Of a stretch of 64,000 nucleotides of DNA, positions 59,446 to 64,000 are shown in pieces. This DNA comes from Octopus sinensis (lineage: Eukaryota). A program made the translations under genes and the position numbers. The notes below the pieces were generated by a model. The model worked only from the letters and a program-made list of their open reading frames with translations, was not told where the DNA came from and did not search any database. The stretch is from positions 1,302,001-1,366,000 of the forward strand of contig NC_043005.1 of assembly GCF_006345805.1 (NCBI RefSeq), in the 5' to 3' direction. The stretch's first letter is position 1; each line of letters starts with the position of its first letter.

Positions 59446-61038
59446 AGTAAGCACAAAATGACCATGTCGGTAAGCAGCTGGGTCATAGCTTCGCTTGTTA
59501 CAGTGGAAACAGACACCGACACATCTGCTGCTTTTCACTGGCTAAAACTACTCAAAAGTTTGTAAACTATAAACACTATTAGCTCTTTATTTATTGATTT
59601 ATGGTGAAAATGATTTCATGTCAATAATTACCATACAAAACTACACCAATATGCCAAATATGAAATCAATTGGAACAAAAATTGAAGAAACTGAAAAGTG
59701 GCAGCCAAATAGAAAAATCCCTATTTTTATTCCTTTTAATCAGAAATAAATTGAGAAAATGTATTGTTCAAGTGTTTCTCATAAACAGTTCCTACTGAAA
59801 ATTGAAATCAAATTGTAGTTTTAGTTGACTGGGTGTTCTGTGTTGCTTAGATCTAAATAACAGCACCAAAATGGATTCTCATATGGAACTACTGGTACGA
59901 AACTAGAACAAGATAATGCAAAGAGATAATAATTTGTGAGTAATTAGCAGAATCAATGCAAACAATTGTGATATTGGTTTATAATAAAGGTAGTTGTAGC
60001 CGACTCGTTGTTCTAATTAAACATGGCAGATTATCAAAATATTGATAGAGGAAAGGGATGAGAGTAGGAATGAGATGATCCGATCCAACTAGTCTTTTGT
60101 GAAGGAGGGAAATCATTGATGCTGTTAGATTTGATGTGCATCGATGTACAACTGGAAATCAAATTGATAATATGGAGAAGTATTCAAGTAGTTTATGTCT
60201 GAGAAACATTTCAAGCAATGGATGTGAGAGCTTTTAAAAGAAATACTTAAATTCCATTATAATGATGAAACTTAAGCTAAACTAAACAGAACACTAACAT
60301 CTAAAGAGTAGATACGTCAAATTGGCTTATAAAGACAATATGTGTAATATTTCTTTCCATTTGACACAAAGCTAGTCTATAACTTGTCTCTTTAATGATC
60401 TCTCTCCGTGAAAACAGCAGTATTGTTTGAATGAGCACTAAACTCATTACATGAGGTAGCATAAAATACCTTTTGTTGGAAATATATATTAAAAAATTGA
60501 CTTATTAAAATCAGGAAAAATTGTGTTAAGAAGTGCCGTCAATTTGACCCCAGTGAATTACTGTTATTACTTGTTTGGTTCTCCAGGTCAATACTGATCA
60601 AGCAGACTTATGATGAAATCAAACCATGGTCATCCAATCATATTTATTTTTTCATGAATAATGTACTTTGAATTACATTATTGGATGTACCTCTTTTTAA
60701 GATGGCAGAGAGTGGTTTAAGGGAGATTTCACTGCTATTTCTAATAGGCTGAATAACCATTTAAAGGCTTTATCATTGGCTCATTACTGCTATTTATTGC
60801 AGATAATGTTGATGCTCAACAAAATATTGATCTGAGAAACATTTGACACAGAACGAAATGTTAAAAGCTGTTCCACCGATATTAGCTCCTGACATGAATA
60901 TTAAATAAGAGAAGTCAATGAGGACTCTACTGATTACTATCATTTGAAAGGATTTGTGATTTGAAGTTAATATATTCCTATACTACAAATATACAATGTG
61001 GTACAATTTGCTTAGTAATTATTTCATCTTTCTTTCAG

Positions 61039-61062
61039 GATGTATGATATCATGTGTTGCTG
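61039..61062 (+). CDS. Candidate 24-nt frame-preserving microexon
   Basis: atttcatctttctttcag|GATGTATGATATCATGTGTTGCTG|gtaagg. The phase-1 reading is (G)CMISCVA(G). Confidence 0.35.
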
Positions 61063-62359
61063 GTAAGGTTAGAATAATAGCAAAACATGTCTAGAATTGT
61101 CTCCAGTACTTGAAAAATAAATTAAAATATTAGACATTAATTAACATTGTATTTCTCCCCTGACCACACAATTTCAGTAAAATGTTTAATTCTCAATGCA
61201 TTAAACATATTAACACTAATTTGCCCATTATTAGATTTAGTTTAATTAACTAGGCTTAAGAATTTATTACAATAATTATCAAAAATAAAATAAATTGTAG
61301 GAAATGTGTACTGCAATAACCAAGACACAAACTGGATTTTATTAATTCATTCATCATTTCTAACAAAATATCTCTTGACTCAAAGAAAACTGCCAGTGAT
61401 CTATAAGAAGAGTCATTTCTTTAGCATAATACAAGAAAGGTTTTGGTATTTTAAAAAATGTCTTCTCTCTTGAATGTTGAAATTTGGGAAAGATACCATG
61501 TTTCCTGTGGAGATGCAATTAACTCTGTAATGTCAAATTCTTACAAAACTGATATATCTTGATTAAAAGATAATCTTTCATTTAGCTTCATTCATATAAA
61601 ACAAAACATGGTAGTTAGTGTTTCCCCAAGAATTATGAGAGGACAGAATCATTCAAAATTAAATTTATTTTTATTAAGTGACAAATATTTGACATAATTA
61701 AGACTTCATCTATAAAAGCTTTAGTGCAAGTAAAATTGTTATATTTTATTTCATATGGGTCATTGCGTAATGATTTCATATATAGGCATAATACACTGGA
61801 ATTATTATGGGAGATAGGGTGGGGGAATGAGATAATGAAAAGTTGGAATGTCCATACCGTTTCCCAGAGGAAACATTAACAACATACACAAATGATTCTA
61901 ACTGGTGACTGAAGATATTTAAGATCATACAATGGCACCAGAGTGTCTAACAACCAACTGTAAAAACTTTCATTAGGATTATTTGCGCGCAAGCACGCAT
62001 GCACACACACACACACACACTCATGCGTTTCATGGGAAGGGCAGTAAAAGTGGTTACCATTACGAATTCCATGTCTTTTGGCTTTACAACTTTGCTATAT
62101 TATAAATATTCAATGAGAATTATATTTAGTAAATAAACTATATTAATTTATCCATAATACATTATAATTTATGTGTTACATTTATTATATACTGATAATA
62201 AATGTAATAATTTAATTTTACAGTAATACAAGGCTATCATACATAGTAAGTACCTAGCTTTTAAAACTGATTCCAAAGTAAAGCTTTTTGAGATAATCCA
62301 GATGTTTGAAGATTATTAAACTTTCCACCTATCCTACTATATATATATATATATTCCTT

Positions 62360-62594
62360 ACTGGCATGTGAAAAACATTCGAGTGAAGTCATTGCCAGTG
62401 CCGCTGGCTCCTGTGCAGGTGGCACGTAAAAGCACCCACTACACTCTCAGAGTGGTTGTTGTTAGGAAGGGCATCCTGCTGTAGAAACTCTGCCAGATCA
62501 GACTGGAGCTTGGTGCAGCCATCTGGTTCTCCAGTCCTCAGTCAAATCATCCAACCAATGCTAGCATGGAAAGCGGATGTTAAACGATGATGAT
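62360..62594 (+). mobile_element. RTE-family 3'UTR copy
   Basis: gtgcaggtggcacgtaaaagcacc module plus the family tail. Confidence 0.85.
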
Positions 62595-62974
62595 GGCACT
62601 TGCCTTAAGCTGTGAAATTTCAAATCTCCCTTTTGAAGAAACACACTGATCTTAAAATGGGGTAAAATATGTTTAATAGTCATTCATGCTTGGTTGCACA
62701 ATATAAAATACCTCCATGGAGTTGATGTAGTGTTAATCACTTTGTTATTTAATCTGTATGCAGAATGTTTAATAGTGAAGAGTTACAGTACTGCAAATAT
62801 TCTCATCAAAATTCTTGTTTTCTACAGACTAGTAATTAAAAAAAAAAACTATTTCCAATCAAATCATTTGTTTATTTTCTCTTTTTCTTTTTGAAAGCAT
62901 TAACAAGATATTTCCCCACTCCTAAGATCATATAAATAGTTTTCTTCATTTTTTATTGGAAACAGGACAACTGA

Positions 62975-64000
62975 TCTGCAACAGAGTAGACCAAAATGAG
63001 ATGCAGTTTGGCTTTATGCTTAAAAGAGGCACCATGCCACCAAGAGGTACCATCTTCTGTGTGAGGGAAGTGCAAGAGAAATACTTGGTTAGGAATAAAC
63101 CACTATTCTTGGCATTTGTTGGTTTGGAATAGGTTTTGAGAGAGTACTATGTTCAGTAGTGTGATAGTCACTAAAGAAACCAGGAGCCGACAAATGGCGG
63201 GGGGGGGGGAGGGGGCTGTACATAATTGTGGTGAGAGTCAACAATGATTTCAGTGATGAATTTAGTGTGAAGGTAGGAGTCTATCAAGGTTCAGTTTTCA
63301 GTCATCTCCAATTCATCATAGTTCTGAAGGACATCACAGAGGTGTTCATGGCTGTCCGCAGGAACTCTAATATACTGATCATCTAATTCTCTTTGCTGAA
63401 TCTAGAGTGAATTAAAGGGGAAATTCCAAGCATAGAAGCTAAACTTAAAATCAAAAAAACCTCAAGATAAACTTATCAAAGATTAAGGTTTTAGAAGAGA
63501 TGTAGTGGTGTCACAGGCAAACAAAGACTGTAAACTATAGTTGCAACAGATGCAGTGGAGCAGAACGCATTATGAACACGCTAGAAATAGTTTCTTTTAA
63601 ATGTCCAGATGGTTCACTAGAGTTAGTCAATTGCTTTTTGTTAACTAGGAGATGTAATTAGCAAGAGGGATGATTGTTCTGAAAGTTCCAGGTTGGAAAA
63701 AGTTCAGAAAGCTACGACCACCACTTGTAACAATAAAAATCTGTTCCCTTGGAGTTAAAAGCAGATTGTATGATGCTCGAGTTGGACTGAAACACTGCAA
63801 GGAAGAGTGAGAGATGGGCTTTGGATGCAGAGCCCTTAAGAAGATTGGAAAGAGATGAAGAGTGGGCATGTTTCATTGGATGTGCAATGTAAGTGTGCTG
63901 AGAGAAAAACTGGGTAGAAGTGGAATTAGATGTAGTGTGCAAGAAAGAAAACTGTGTTGCTGTAGACATGTGATGTGTATGGGTAATGATAGGTATATGA
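62975..64000 (+). mobile_element. Old, highly decayed RTE RT fragment running off the window
   Basis: Remnants of EMQFGFM, VQEKYL.RNKPL.LAFV, VGVYQGSV, GWKKFRKL, GRLYDA and LREKLG. Confidence 0.8.

Noticed and set aside
60802-60845. Acceptor followed by a short frame DNVDAQQNIDLRNI*
   Set aside because: Could be a terminal exon, but it is indistinguishable from chance without transcript data.

Overview
This is AT-rich, microsatellite-dense eukaryotic DNA. The repeat repertoire points to an octopus/coleoid cephalopod genome (inference). It reads as intronic or intergenic sequence built largely from decayed, nested transposons. LINEs: CR1-clade copies; a dominant RTE-clade family (about 20 fragments, with a PHD-like finger inside the RT region and a modular hairpin 3'UTR); HERO/NeSL-like and R4/Dong-like restriction-like-endonuclease LINEs. 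Other elements: tRNA-derived SINEs, a Naiad-type Penelope-like element (PLE), DD41D and DD37D Tc1/mariner copies, a GTF2IRD2/Charlie-type hAT carrying a Merlin-type MITE, and two non-autonomous Helitrons. No complete host gene is visible; two small + strand candidate exons lie at 35191-35272 and 61039-61062. The most striking signal is a set of PLE-type minimal hammerhead ribozyme motifs whose 3-8 core pair covaries: C3-G8 at ~4.1 and ~27.9 kb, G3-C8 in a 290-bp palindrome at 9.6-9.9 kb, and A3-U8 in a ~400-bp palindrome at 17.6-18.0 kb. One copy lies downstream of a tRNA-like B-box, suggesting a hammerhead-bearing SINE. All assignments come from reading motifs by eye, with no database search. 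Boundaries are approximate unless TIRs or TSDs are cited.
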